A DNA stretch of 64,000 nt. Source: the human T2T-CHM13v2.0 reference genome, Homo sapiens. Below are positions 39,314 through 52,066 of this stretch, in pieces. The notes under the pieces were generated by a model. That model was not told the origin of the DNA. It was given only the letters and a program-made list of their open reading frames with translations, and did not search any database. The DNA lies in assembly GCF_009914755.1 (NCBI RefSeq), contig NC_060933.1; one strand, written 5' to 3'. The position numbers and the translations under genes are program-made. Numbering within the stretch: the first letter of the stretch is position 1; the number at the start of each line of letters is the position of its first letter.

Positions 39314-39382
39314 CTATATCTATATATCTATATAGATATATAGATATAGATATAGATATAGATATATATAGACAGAGAGAGA
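39283..39382. repeat. (TG)14-(TATC/TAGA)n-(GA)n compound microsatellite
   Basis: Directly visible. Confidence 0.95.
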
Positions 39383-40227
39383 GGCATCAGTGTAAGAAGA
39401 AAGCTGAATTGGGACACAGGGGAACTGTCAATGACTCTGTGACATAACAAATGCCTTCCATTCTCTGGGACTCAGCTCTCTCACCTGTCAAACAAAGGGT
39501 TTGGAGGTGATGATCTTTGAAAACCTGTCTAGTTTAGCTCTGAAGTGTGTTTTCTTTCTTTGGGGATAAATGGCAAGATTCCTGTTAGAGAATGAAGTTC
39601 CAGCTTTTCAGGTCCTGACCCTCACTTTTATGCCCCAACTTTCCTGACAATTTAATGCCACTGATCATTTAATGACTGCTAATGGCAGATGTACACTCAA
39701 AGTTCTGGTAACTATGGTAGGGACCTCCCTTCTAAATGAGCATCTTCTGTTCGTTATCATCTCCCTCTGTTTCTCCTTTCACCTCGTATACTATATTACA
39801 CTTAAAATACCCTCTTAATTACAAAGTCCTCTTCCCCATCCAACAGCTTTGGAAAATGGTTTTCAGATTTTTATTATTATTGCTGCTGTTGTTGCAACAA
39901 CTTCATTAGATGAAGTACCCTTTCTTCAAACAAAAATCTTTCTTGTATGCTTCATATTCAAAACCAATAAAAGTTAAACTTCATGGGTTAAAATTGTGAT
40001 GAAAATGCTCCAAACCCAACTTACTCATTCTCTCAGCTCCTCCAGCCCTTGCCTTGCCCTCGAGGTGGTCCCAGAGGCACCATTAGCAACTCCTAGGATC
40101 CCACAGAGCAGTTGGAAAGCGATGAGTCTAGGATAACCTGATACAAATTTTATTAGAGAAAAATAACTTAACCCCCCCTCCTTTTCCATCCTTTATTTAT
40201 TCATCTTTCTCTTTTGGGGCCACATAG

Positions 40228-41290
40228 GGCTGTATGACAAATGTTCTTATATCTCACGTGACCGAGGATGGGTCGTGGGCATTCACACCATCAGTGACCA
40301 AGACAACAAAGACCCACGCTACTTTTTCTCCTTGAAGACAGACCGAGCCCGGCAAGTGACCACCATCAATGCCCACCGCAGCTACCTCCCAGGCCAGTGG
40401 GTATACCTAGCTGCCACCTATGATGGGCAGTTCATGAAGCTCTATGTGAATGGTGCCCAGGTGGCCACCTCTGGGGAACAAGTGGGTGGCATATTCAGCC
40501 CACTGACCCAGAAGTGCAAAGTGCTCATGTTAGGGGGCAGTGCCCTGAATCACAACTACCGGGGCTACATCGAGCACTTCAGTCTGTGGAAGGTGGCCAG
40601 GACTCAGCGGGAGATACTGTCTGACATGGAAACCCATGGCGCCCACACTGCTCTACCTCAGCTCCTCCTCCAGGAGAACTGGGACAATGTGAAGCATGCC
40701 TGGTCCCCCATGAAGGATGGCAGCAGCCCCAAAGTGGAATTCAGCAATGCCCACGGCTTTCTGCTGGACACGAGTCTGGAGCCTCCTCTGTGCGGACAGA
40801 CATTGTGTGACAACACAGAGGTCATTGCCAGCTACAATCAGCTCTCAAGTTTCCGCCAGCCCAAGGTGGTGCGCTACCGCGTGGTCAACCTCTATGAAGA
40901 TGATCATAAGAACCCGACGGTGACGCGCGAGCAGGTGGACTTCCAGCACCATCAGCTGGCTGAGGCCTTCAAGCAATACAACATCTCCTGGGAGCTGGAC
41001 GTGCTGGAGGTGAGCAACTCCTCCCTTCGCCGCCGCCTCATCCTGGCCAACTGTGACATCAGCAAGATTGGGGATGAGAACTGTGACCCCGAGTGCAACC
41101 ACACGCTGACGGGCCACGACGGCGGGGATTGCCGCCACCTGCGCCACCCTGCCTTCGTGAAGAAGCAGCACAACGGGGTGTGTGACATGGACTGCAACTA
41201 TGAACGGTTCAACTTTGATGGTGGAGAGTGCTGTGACCCTGAAATCACCAATGTCACTCAGACTTGCTTTGACCCCGACTCTCCACACAG
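40228..41290 (+). CDS. PAPPA: Pappalysin-1 coding exon 2: LamG-like jellyroll, N-terminal part of the metzincin domain, LNR1 and LNR2
   Basis: Acceptor CACATAG|GG, translating (G)LYDKCSYISRDRGWVVGIHT...CDISKIGDENCDPECNHTLTGHDGGDC...CDMDCNYERFNFDGGECC...PDSPH(R); donor CAG|GTAAGA at 41291; 1063 nt, phases 1 and 2 fit the neighbouring exons. Confidence 0.98.
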
Positions 41291-41616
41291 GTAAGACCTT
41301 ACTGGGCTAAAGATGCCCAGTTGAAAGTTGAACTTGATGTCCTCCATATTATAGATAAGGCACCTGAGGCCAGTGGGTGATATGGGGATTTTCTGGTTCA
41401 ACCAGCAGCTTCATGATTGAGGCAAGTCTTTTACTCGGGTCATTGTGGAGACCATAGGTAAACCCAGTTTATTATAAAAATATTTATTGAGTGCCTACCA
41501 TGAGTCATGAGGGAAGCCTGAGAGCCCTGTTTTCTCAAAGAGCCCAGAGTTCAAATTGAGTGATATAAGCTGAGTACAAATAGCTGTTGTATTGTATGAC
41601 ATAGAGTGGGTGAGAG

Positions 41617-41817
41617 TTGCACAGTCCAATATGGTAGTTCCTAGCAACATGTGCCTACTTAAATTTAAATCAGTCAAAGTTAAATAAAACTCAAAATTCA
41701 ATTCCTGAGTTTCATTAGCCACATTTCAAGTACTCTAGCCACATGGGACTAGTAGCTACCATACTGGCAAAGCAATATGAAACACTTCAGTCATCACAGA
41801 AAGTTCTGGTGGACAGG
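41617..41817. mobile_element. MER3 (hAT-Charlie MITE)
   Basis: GTCCAATATGGTAG...CATGTGCCTACTTAAATTTAAAT...AAAATTCAATTCCTGAGT...TAGCCACATTTCAAGT...CATCACAGAAAGTTCTGGTGGACAG. Confidence 0.82.
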
Positions 41818-41849
41818 CTCAAAGAGGTGGGGTCGCATGGGGCTAGAAA

Positions 41850-42040
41850 ACCTGGCCCCATGGTCTCAGCTCTCTGTGACTTCTTCATTTTGTAACTTCT
41901 TAGAAGCTGTTTCTTCATCTGTAAAATGGGGAGAATAATGGTACCTATTTTGTCAAGTTGCTCTGAGGATTGATAGAGAGAAGACATATAAAGTACACTC
42001 TCTTACAGCACATCATTAATTCTCAATAGTATGTCTGTCA
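41850..42040 (+). mobile_element. MIR SINE
   Basis: TGTTTCTTCATCTGTAAAATGGGGAGAATAATGGTACCTA...GTTGCTCTGAGGATT. Confidence 0.75.
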
Positions 42041-42198
42041 TTACTTGTCTAATGAAAGGTAGTGTGCTGTGTTTAGGGAGTGCCCTAGATGATCAAAGAG
42101 AAAAAGTTGATTTGCAGCTTGACTATATCAGGGAAGCCTTCTTGAGAGAGGTGACATTTGAGCAAGGTCTTCAAGAATAGCTCTAATTTGAAGGATGT

Positions 42199-42495
42199 TA
42201 GAACAAATCTAGAGATCTAATGAACAACAAGATCAATACATTTGGTGTAATAGAACAAATCTAGAGGGCTAATGTATAGCATGAGGACTATAGGAAATAA
42301 GGTTGAAATGTATTTGGGATTCATGCTAAATAACCAGATTTTAAATACTTTTGGCACAAAACCAAAAGAAAATGGATGACTTAAGATAATGGATATGTTA
42401 ATTTATTTCACTATAATAAACTGTTTGCTATCTATATGTTTCCCATAACATCATGTCTACCTTAAATATACACAATAAAATTTACCTGAAAAAAG
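42199..42495 (+). mobile_element. L1MA-type 3' end fragment with duplicated 5' junction
   Basis: TCTAGAG...AATGTATAGCATGAGGACTATAG...GATAATGGATATGTTAATTT...CATAACATCATG...ATATACACAATAAAATT. Confidence 0.8.
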
Positions 42496-44829
42496 AATAG
42501 GTAAAATTTTGACATCAGAAATTGGGTGGAGGAAGAAGGGAGGACACTCCAGGCAGAAGGAATTTCTCATCTACTGCTAAAAAGAGGACAGAAAAGGGGG
42601 CCTTCAGTCTAATGCCTCACTTAGCCTCTGCCATTGCTGTCAGTTGCAACCAGTAATCCAAAAGTAGAGCCCAAAAGGTGAACTCAAGGGTAACCTGTAT
42701 TAAATGTGGGACCTGGAGGAACTAGATTCAAGCTGGAGAGACCATCAATATCCACTTTCTTGTTTTTCCCAGATTCACACTGAACTTTTCTATTCTGTCC
42801 AACACACAGGACCCTGGACTTGCTGATGGCTCGAGCACATTTGCCGACCTCTGCAGGTTTTCTGCTGACTCTTCTCTTTATGTCTCTCTCAAAAGAGCAA
42901 GGGCCTCCCGTGCGTGAACAAAATACCTATGTGCAAAGGAATGAGGATGCTGGCAGGAGAATGCCCTGCCTGGCAGCAAGTCAGAAAGCACCTCAGCTCA
43001 GCTTCCCGGCACCAGGAGGGCCCCTGGACTCTCACCTTGGCTCCAAGACATGAGCAGCCCATGTGAGGAGAAGCCTTGGTGTGTGACCAGTCTCTTCTAG
43101 GTCACAGTGCATTGTCATCTCTGCTTTCACTTGGGCCTTTCCAAAACTTGGCAAGGGAGTCAACACAGAGGTTAACATTCACATTTGACTGATGGGAAAT
43201 AGAGGAAACTTAGAGAGTGGAGTAACTTAGCTAAGTTCATGGGTCAAGAAAATCATTAGGCTAAATCACAAGTGCAAGTCTATGATCAGTGTGCTCCACC
43301 AAACTAGACTCCCAAGAGGTACCTCTGTGCCTGGTGAGAGTGGGCGTGGGGTAGGATGGGCATAATTGGAAGTCATCCATTCATTTGTACATCGATTTAT
43401 TTGCTCATTCATTCACTCATTCATTCATGCAACAAATGTTTATGCAGCACCTGCCAAGTGCCAGGAAAGTGGATACCCTTAGCCCTGTTTTGCTTTGAAA
43501 ATTTCAAGATTCAGAAAGATGAAGGGACTTACCTAAGCTCAATCTGCTAATAAATGGATAGCTTGGATTCAAACTCAAGACTACTAGGTCCAAACCTCCC
43601 ATGGAAGGAGGATATTTTTTAATCTAAGGAACAATAAGGGGCAAAATTAAAAGACAAGTGATAGGGAGAGTGGCGCTACTAAAGTTTTGGGGAAAAAAAC
43701 TGTGTATCATTGAGACAGGATGAAGAGCAGCTGGCCTTTGCAGAGCACCATGCTGGTGTGGAGGGGCCATGGGGCCCCAGGTTCCAGACACCTCACAATC
43801 AGCAGACAGCACTGGCAGGTTCCAAAGGCCTCCTCTTTTCTAAGTCACGGGAATGCATGCCCAGAGTGTCTGTGAGCGACCATGAGCCAGCTATAACCGC
43901 TGTGACCAGGGCTTGTTTGTTTGCTAGCTGGGAAAGCTGTATGCCCTGGGTGAGGCCCACCAGGTCACGTGTCATCTCTTGGTGAGGCTGGGATTTTCTG
44001 GGTTCTGGCCGATTCAGCTCTCCTGTGTGCAGACAGAAACCTGTGGAAGGTTGCAGATAAATTTTTGCTTTGTGAATTTAAACAAAAAAGGGAGGAAGGG
44101 AAGGAGGGAGGGAGGGAGATAGGGAGGGAGGGAGATAGGGAGGGTGGGAGAGTCATGATTACATGGACATGACACATACACTTCAAGCTCTGAAGGCCTA
44201 TCCTGTGGGAAAGTCACAGAATTATTCTATATGGTTTCTAAGCCATGGCTGGGACTACAGTGTTGCAATTACAGGAGGCAGCTTTGAGCTGAGTAATAGA
44301 TGATATCATCTCCAGTCAGAATGGTCCTTTTTGGGGAGGGCTTTGTCTGTGGGTGAGTGAGCTCCCCTTCACCAGAAGCATGCAAGTCAGTACTGATAAC
44401 CATGCATAATGAGGCCATAGGTGGGATTACAGTTCTGGTGGAGACGGTGGCCTTGTGGTCTTGGGGTTGAGCACTGCACAGTAATATCTTATTCCATTTC
44501 ATATCAGAAAACCAAATATTGACTGCTTCTCTTCTCTTTAACAGGCATTTATTGGGCATGTCTATCCCACCAGCCTTTCTGCTCTTCACTGGGGGTGTTG
44601 CAATGAGTTGGACATGTTCCTCACCATTAAGGGGCTTCCACTTTAGTGGGAAAGTCATATAGAAACATAAGAAACTCTGATTTGTAAATTTAGAGACACA
44701 CAGTAGGACAGGAGACTGAAAAAGCAGAGATTTATTTGACTAGGAAAACAAGGCAAATCAGCTGGAGGGGGCAAGATTTGAGTAGGCATTTGAGAATAGG
44801 CAGCCTGCTGAGAGGTAAAGATGCAGACT

Positions 44830-45340
44830 CCATCAGTGAGGGTCCTAGCAGGAAACAGATGGCACATTCAAACAGAATAATTAAGGAGAATTGAAGGAGG
44901 GGCTGTTTTCAAGGAGAAGCTGTTTACAATGTTGTAGGCAGGATTAAGGACAACCAACAAGGCCTTGTGCTATACTCTAGGGCGGGCAACCATGGAGAGC
45001 CATTTACCCCCTTGGCCTGTAGGGGCAAGAGGAGAAAGTGGTTATGGGACCCAGAGAGAGGGACTGTATGGAGGGGATTTCCTGGCAGCAGCTGTGGCTC
45101 TCAGCAAGGGAAGCAGCCAGGCTACAGCCACCTGACCAGAAGGGAACCAGGAGAGTAAATTCCATGTTGTCATTCTCTCTGCCTGCCAGTCTCCTGCCAG
45201 TGCTTCCCATTTGGTGGATCCAACTGAAGTCACAAAACAAAGGAACCTGTTGATGCAATCCATAGATAGCCAGCCTCCCAAGGACACAGAGCAGGGTGGG
45301 GAGTGGACCTGCATTAGCAAGCAGAGAATGTCCAGAGCCT
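44830..45340 (-). mobile_element. ERVL solo LTR (LTR33-like)
   Basis: TCAGTGAGGGTCCTAGCAGGAAACAGATGGCACATTCAAAC...CTGCCAGTGCTTCCCATT...CAGCCTCCCAAGGACACAGAGCAGGGTGG resembles the recalled consensus. Confidence 0.6.
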
Positions 45341-47585
45341 AGAGACAGCCAGCCCATGCAGAGGGTAGGGCATAAGCCAGGCAGTGGAGAGGGTGAGGAG
45401 TGGTGTATAGAAGAGAGCGTGGAGTTTAAGGGGTTATTATGGCTGAGATCCAGACCATGAGCAGAGAAAAGTTCAGTTTATCTCACGGAAAACTTTAATG
45501 TTAGGCTTAATCCTCTGTTCCTTCCTCCCTACATTCTTCCCACCTTCCCTTCCTTCTGTCCTTTTCTTCTCTCAATAAATATTTGTTGAATGCTCTCTCT
45601 GTGCCAGCCCGATCACTGCCCTCCCAGAACTTACCACCTAGTGGGTAAGACAGAGAAGTCAACACCCCACTGCAATCACTGGTGTGAATGAAGGGTCCAC
45701 AGTACTAGCCAGGAGGAGCAGTCTGTGTGAGCAGTAAATGCCTTTCTATGAGACTAGCCAGTTAGAAAAAAGACATTCCAGGTGAACTGTGGCCATTCTC
45801 TACAGTGGTGGAGAATAGCCAGGGAGGCAGGACTTCATCTGCAGCCATTAGAGATGTCTCCACGCAGGTAGAATGCACTTCACACACCCTTTTATAAATG
45901 AAATGGAAAACCTGGATATTAATAGAAAATTCCAGTGTCAGGAAATCCAGGGGCATTTGACACTGAAGACTGTAGCTACCTCACTGAGAGAGGATATTGC
46001 AGCAAACCAACCAAGTTCCTGTTTGGACCCTTCCAAACCCTGGCACCCTCAAGTGAACTCACCTTTGTTCATGAATATCTACTCATACAAAATGGGATGG
46101 GTGGAAAAAAAGACACTTTCCCTATACACTGTTGTCTCATAAGGAAACATTTCCTTTGTCTTCTCTTTATTATTATTTGGGAATTATTTCCTTTGTCTTC
46201 TCTTTTTTATTATTATTTTTTTTAATGTAACAAGGACAATCCCCTGAGGCCAGGTTTTTGTTGTTGTTGCTTTTGGACTCCAGTTAATGTTGTTGGAAGT
46301 CTCACAAAAGGGGCTGCGATAAGTCTTGAGGTCACCCCCGACCCCTCTGCTGGCAGCTATAGCCCCCGTTAGCCTCTTCCCCTGCTCTAATCAGGGCCAC
46401 TGAATGATTTGTCCTCTCTGGGTGGGGTTTCCTACTTAATTTCTGATTTGATCTCATGGAGCATAAACTTCATACTTTCCTCTTCCTTTTCAATCTGAAT
46501 GAAGGACTCTCAGAGCTTAATGGATCAGTAGATGGGTCCAGTACTTTCTTGCTGCAGATGGGGAGACTAAGCCCTCAAGGAGGGGCAGACACTGACGCAA
46601 ACCATCCATTGAGAGGGGGGCTGAGCTGCGATGGAGACCCAGGGTCTCACTTCCTACTCCCATGCTTTTTCAACTACACCCTATAGACACCTTAGACACC
46701 AGCTTAAAACCTGGAAAGGTTACATTTAGTATGTTTATGTTCTTACCCATCATCCACATTCCATTAAGACACCTTAGTATCCAGAGAACTGTGATAAATG
46801 CTGTAGGGGTCCAAGATATAATCTCTGTCTTCAAGGTGCTTGTATCCTGTGATTCAATGACATTTTGTTACAGTCATTCAAGAGAAGGCAAGAGGGCAGA
46901 TGACTAATTTCCCTGTAAACCACATAGCCTATAAGGCTTCCATGAGCTCTGAGAAAGGGCAGGATCACTGTGGTTTGGAGAAGTTAGGAAAGGTTTAATG
47001 ATGGAGAAGGGATGCAATAGGCTTTTAGCATAAGCAGGCTTTGTAATAATAGAAAAGAGCTGGTGGGCTGGCCAGACATGTAGTGATAATAGGGTAAATA
47101 AATTGAAGTGGGAAGATGTTGAGGAGATGCAAGAAAGATGTGAGTCTGGTTGGGGCTTCATGAAGGTAGATGCCACAGTTTTTTCTTCAGACTGTAGACA
47201 CTGAAGACTCGGGCTGATTTAGAATGAAAGAATTCAGGTGAAACAGATTCTAGCCTGGGCTGGGCAGTTTGTTAGCTATGCAATCTTGGGCAAGCCTTTT
47301 AATCTCTCTGAGCCTCCAATTCCACATCTATTTGGAAGGAATAATAGTATCTGACTGCCTGGATCACACAATTGCCATGAGGGTCTCATAAAATAATATC
47401 CCAGAAAGAGTTCTGGGAAGAGTTAACCAGCATGCAGATGAAAGGGGGCATTGTTATTTTTCAGTCACTTTGTTCATTCTTTTCCAGTAATCATGTAAAA
47501 GAAATTGCTTGGAATTTTATAATCAGAATATCAGGGTTTATTTAATGTGACTAATATTCATTAAAGCAATAACAGGAGTCAGGTC

Positions 47586-47812
47586 TGGTGTAGTGGAAAA
47601 ATTATGCGTGCTAGAGACTGACCAGGGTTTGAATCTTGGCTCCGCTCTGCACTAGCTGTCTGACCTTGGCACATTGCTCAGTAAGAGCCGCTGGTTTCTC
47701 ATCTGTAATAATTGGGTGATAGCAGCTATCCTGTGGCATGTCATGGCACTCAAATGGAGTCATCTGTGTGAGACACCTGGTATGGTACAGTGCCTGGCAC
47801 ATGGTAGGTGAT
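47586..47812 (+). mobile_element. MIR SINE
   Basis: TGGTGTAGTGG...GGGTTTGAATCTTGGCTCCGC...TAGCTGTCTGACCTTGG...TTTCTCATCTGTAA...CAGTGCCTGGCACATGGTAGG. Confidence 0.85.
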
Positions 47813-50800
47813 GGAGAAAAGTCTCCTCCATTCTTGTGTGCACATGTGGACACCATATCCTCCCTGTCAGCATTGTTTTACAGAGACTGTGTTCCTACAG
47901 GCTCATAAAAAAAGGCCTGGATGAAACTGCCATATACAAATTGAGAGCATTTGCTGAGATTATTTTCGTTCTCAAAATATTAACTTTTTTTAAAGGACTA
48001 GCCACAGAATTGGTATTTTTAAATAAAGACCCTATAACTTCTATCAAACTCATTGAGTTATTGAATTTGCACACTGGCTTACTTTTAAAATGACCCAAAT
48101 GTCTGGCAGTGTTAAAGGACATATTTCTGTACAAAACCATTCCAGGCAATGTTGGGATGGCTCATAATGAGAGATATGCCAGACTTGTGAAGTTACTATA
48201 TGTTTCCACCATCTCCAGCCCTCATGCCTGCTTGAGGGTTGATACACAGACATACAGATTCAGGCATACTCACACATATGGTTTGATTTTCTCTGATTCA
48301 GTCTGGGTTTTCTTCATGCTTTTCTTCTGAACAAAGTCCACCTTTACTCACAAGTTCCATCTGTGAGACTTGCACACATATAACTTTGGTCTTAAGAGCA
48401 GAATAGAGGGGTGAACTGAATTAAAAGAACTGTTCAAGGCCCCTAAAGATGAGGTTAATAAGGAGCTCGAAACAGTGACCTATAAGGAACAGTAGAAGAT
48501 CAATACAGTCTAGCAAATAAATAAGAATACAAGTTTTGGAGACGGAACATACTACAGTCAAGTCATTTAACAGTTCTGTAACCTTGCACAGGTCTCTTCC
48601 TTTGTCAAAGACTCAGTCACCTCCTCTGTAAAGTCAGGAATGAAAGTAACAGTCTAGTGCATTGGGTGGTTTAGAGGATTGGATGAAATAATACACAGTC
48701 AACCTTTTAGGACAGCACCTGGCACATAGTGAAGTCTGAAAATAGCAGTTGTTATTGCTGCTGTTGTTTGGGAATTGCCCTCCTCCGATAGATCTTCTCG
48801 CTTCTTATTGTGCATATCCCGAAATTCTTAGCCCCTTTTCAATCCTGAGCCCCCTCACTACAATCTCAGTGCGGGAGTAAGAGACAGAAGTAACCTAATC
48901 AACCACTCTGTACTACCAAAAGCCCTTTTATTTTATCATCCTCAGGTTTCATTTTTAAAATATTTTTTTTAATTCCAAAAGTCCTGTATAAACCGAATGC
49001 TAATATATTGATTATCCCAAGAGATAAGCAGCATGCCACACTAAGTTTAAGCATTTCCAGCAAAAAAGCAAAGGCATGTCTGGGATTCCAAGTTGGGGCT
49101 CATTGAATAGTGAGTAGGGAAGGAACTGGAAGCTGGGAAGCCAGGAGGGTACCCATAATGTGCTCAGGACTACACCAACCAAGGCTCTCTCCTGGCCTGG
49201 GACTCTTGCCCCAGCATACTCTATATTCTCAAAGTTTACAGATAAAAGTTGGAACTCCTTTGCGGGGAGAAGTCAGGAACATGCCAGGATCTGAGGTCCT
49301 CCTTCTTTCATCCCTTTCCCAAATGTTGTGTTCCCTGTCCCATTCCCAGCTGCCTGGATGGATGGCAGTACTGGTGCCCTTTCAAGGGCCTCAGCAGGAG
49401 GCAGTTGGTTTTTTCCCACCCTGGGTTTGGCATGCTCAGCACTCTCATTTTCCTTTCTGCATCCACTGATGACACTGACCACTCATGACAGCCTCTGCAC
49501 TTGGTCAGATGCCCTTCCAGGTTAGGAAACAAAGCCGTTGGGCGTGCAAGAGATGGTTGAACTGACAGACAGCAGCACATTTTGTTTTATTGAAATACAT
49601 TTTCCTAAGTTGGTTACAGCTCAGCTTGTTGCTTCAAACTCACTGCTGGGCAGTTTTCCACCTCCTGAGAGGGAACCTCCACACCTCCACTCTCACTTTC
49701 TGAAAACACAAAACTAGTGTGTGAACAGCATTGCATTTTGTTCATGGGTTTGTTTGCATAACTAGAATATGCTCGTGTTTTCCCATTTTTCAGAGGAGCA
49801 TTTTCTGTCTTCCTCCTTTCTCCTTTCTTCTCTTTCTCTTTTCCATGTTCTAGGTTGTTTTAGTGGCCTGGTGGTGAAGGGTGGAGGAGCACTGTCTCCA
49901 CATCGAGCTTCTGATGTGTTTGATTCAAAAGTTGTGTGAGTTCAGGCAGCCAACTGCAGCTCTTAGCCTTGAACTTGACTTCTAACTACTGAACTATTTT
50001 TATGGCCACAGAGGGCAATGATGATTATAACTCCACAAAATCATGAAGTAAGAGAGATGCAAAGGAGGTTTCTTTCCCATGAGAATCCATGGTAGAAAAA
50101 CACAGTTTGCCAGTGGTTTGGCCAAGCGTGAGGAAGGAATTGACTAGATTCTTCCAGGAACTTAGTGGCCAGCATGAAGTATGACACTTTTCTTCTCTTA
50201 TTTCAAATTCTTCATCTGTAAAATGGGAGGATTTGAGGTTTGTTCATGCACACATATTCTCAAATTAGACATTGGAATCCTGTTTCCAAGATTGTGGGAA
50301 GTAGAACTAGAGTACAGAGGATGGGCTTAATATTTAAAAGGTACAAATAAAGCCATGCACTGGCACTGGAGACGCCAAGGGATATAAGAGACAGTCTTTG
50401 CCTTCAGAGGATTGACCAGCCCCTGTAACTACTTGAGTACAAAGTGTTCAGTGTGGTAATGAGGAGCAATTATGCTCTATGACAAGTTGAAAAAAAATCC
50501 TACTCATATTTCTCAAGTCCCAACAGTGGCCTTGTGATGGTACCCCATACTGGGGCAGTCTACATGTCTGCTATTTTATTTTCCCTTAGGCTCCAAATGT
50601 GGCATCCTCTTTCCAAAAATCAATTTGAATTTATTTCTACTTTTGACAGCCTGGCATATAATGTCATGCTTTCTAGCATCATTTCTCTATACTTGAACTC
50701 CTTGATCATCACATGACTTTCTAAGAGTTGTCTCTGTTTAACCCCAAGGGAGACCCAAATTTGGAGAAGTTACTAGACTTATTCAAGGTCATCCAGAGGG

Positions 50801-52066
50801 ACCTACATCTACTGTACGGCCTGTATTGTTTTAATTTTAAATAAATTTGTTTTTTGCCTAAGGTTAGGTGATTTGTATGGGACTATGGTCCAGATTAAAA
50901 TTTAGACATTGCCATTTTAACACATATTGGTGATTATATAATTCTTGATTTATCCTTTCTAAACTTAGTATATTTTAGTTAGTCTTCACATCAGTTATAT
51001 GCCTACATGGCTAAAGTCTAGAGCCAAACTATGCAGTCTTCTGAAATAACCCTTGTTCCTAAAACATTGACTGCTGCAGCTCATGAAGGAGATGTGATTG
51101 TCTTTGCTTAGTTGTGATTTAAGCATAAGACAAATCACAGGGCTGTTAGTAAGTTGTGCATATTCACTCAGTGTGGTCAGTTGTGTTATTTATCAATTTG
51201 GTTTGATGCTCCAAGAAGGAAGTGAGGTGGTGGGAAGAGAGCTGTGGGCCCTTGAACGGTAGAGTTCAGTTGCAAGAATGATTGTCTGACATGAGATAAT
51301 TGTATTACTACTGTGTTGCTTTTGAACACAGCATCACAATTCAATTGTGCACCTCCTTACTTAGCAAGAGATTCCTCAAGCCTTAATGGCTGCTCTGAAA
51401 ATATATGAACTCAGAGTTTCTGAGGCTGTCAAAACAGAGATTGGAGTACCCCAAGAGAAGATCTTAGGGAAGTGACTATTCATCCAATAGTTTGTGCATG
51501 AGTGTGTGTGTCTGCCTTCTATGTGCCAAGCACAGTGCTAGGTGCTAGAAGTACAACATTGAACATTGCACAAGACATCTGTAATTCTGCCCTTTTGGAA
51601 TTTCCTGCAGCAAGATAAATAGCTAGCTGCATAATTGCTGTTACGGAGAAGTCCAAGGTGCTGAGCGAACACAGAGAATGGCTACCTGACTCAGACATCG
51701 GGGGTCAGAGTAGCTTTTAGGCTGTGTCCTAAAGGATGATTCGTGTTAACCTAGTGAGTGTAGCTGAGCTTGCCAGGAACCAGGTGTTCTGACACTTTGC
51801 TTTCTGTCCTAACAATCTCTAAAATTATTTTCCAAAAGGTAAATGAGAAAAATAGCAGCTGTGTAGTTTCTAGTAAAATGCATTCATTGTAAAGTAGTGT
51901 GCTTTATTCTGAGATTATTTTTTCTTTTGGAGTGCTACTCAAGTACCTTTTATTTTATGATATGAGGGACCTCATACATGGTGGAGTGTTTTTTTTTCCC
52001 CTTTTGAATGCTTTATTTATTCATCGAAGTTACACAAACTGCTGACTTCCATCTCAATGTTTATTA

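Noticed and set aside
40845-41288. Antisense 147-aa ORF within exon 2
   Set aside because: Codon-bias shadow of the PAPPA CDS
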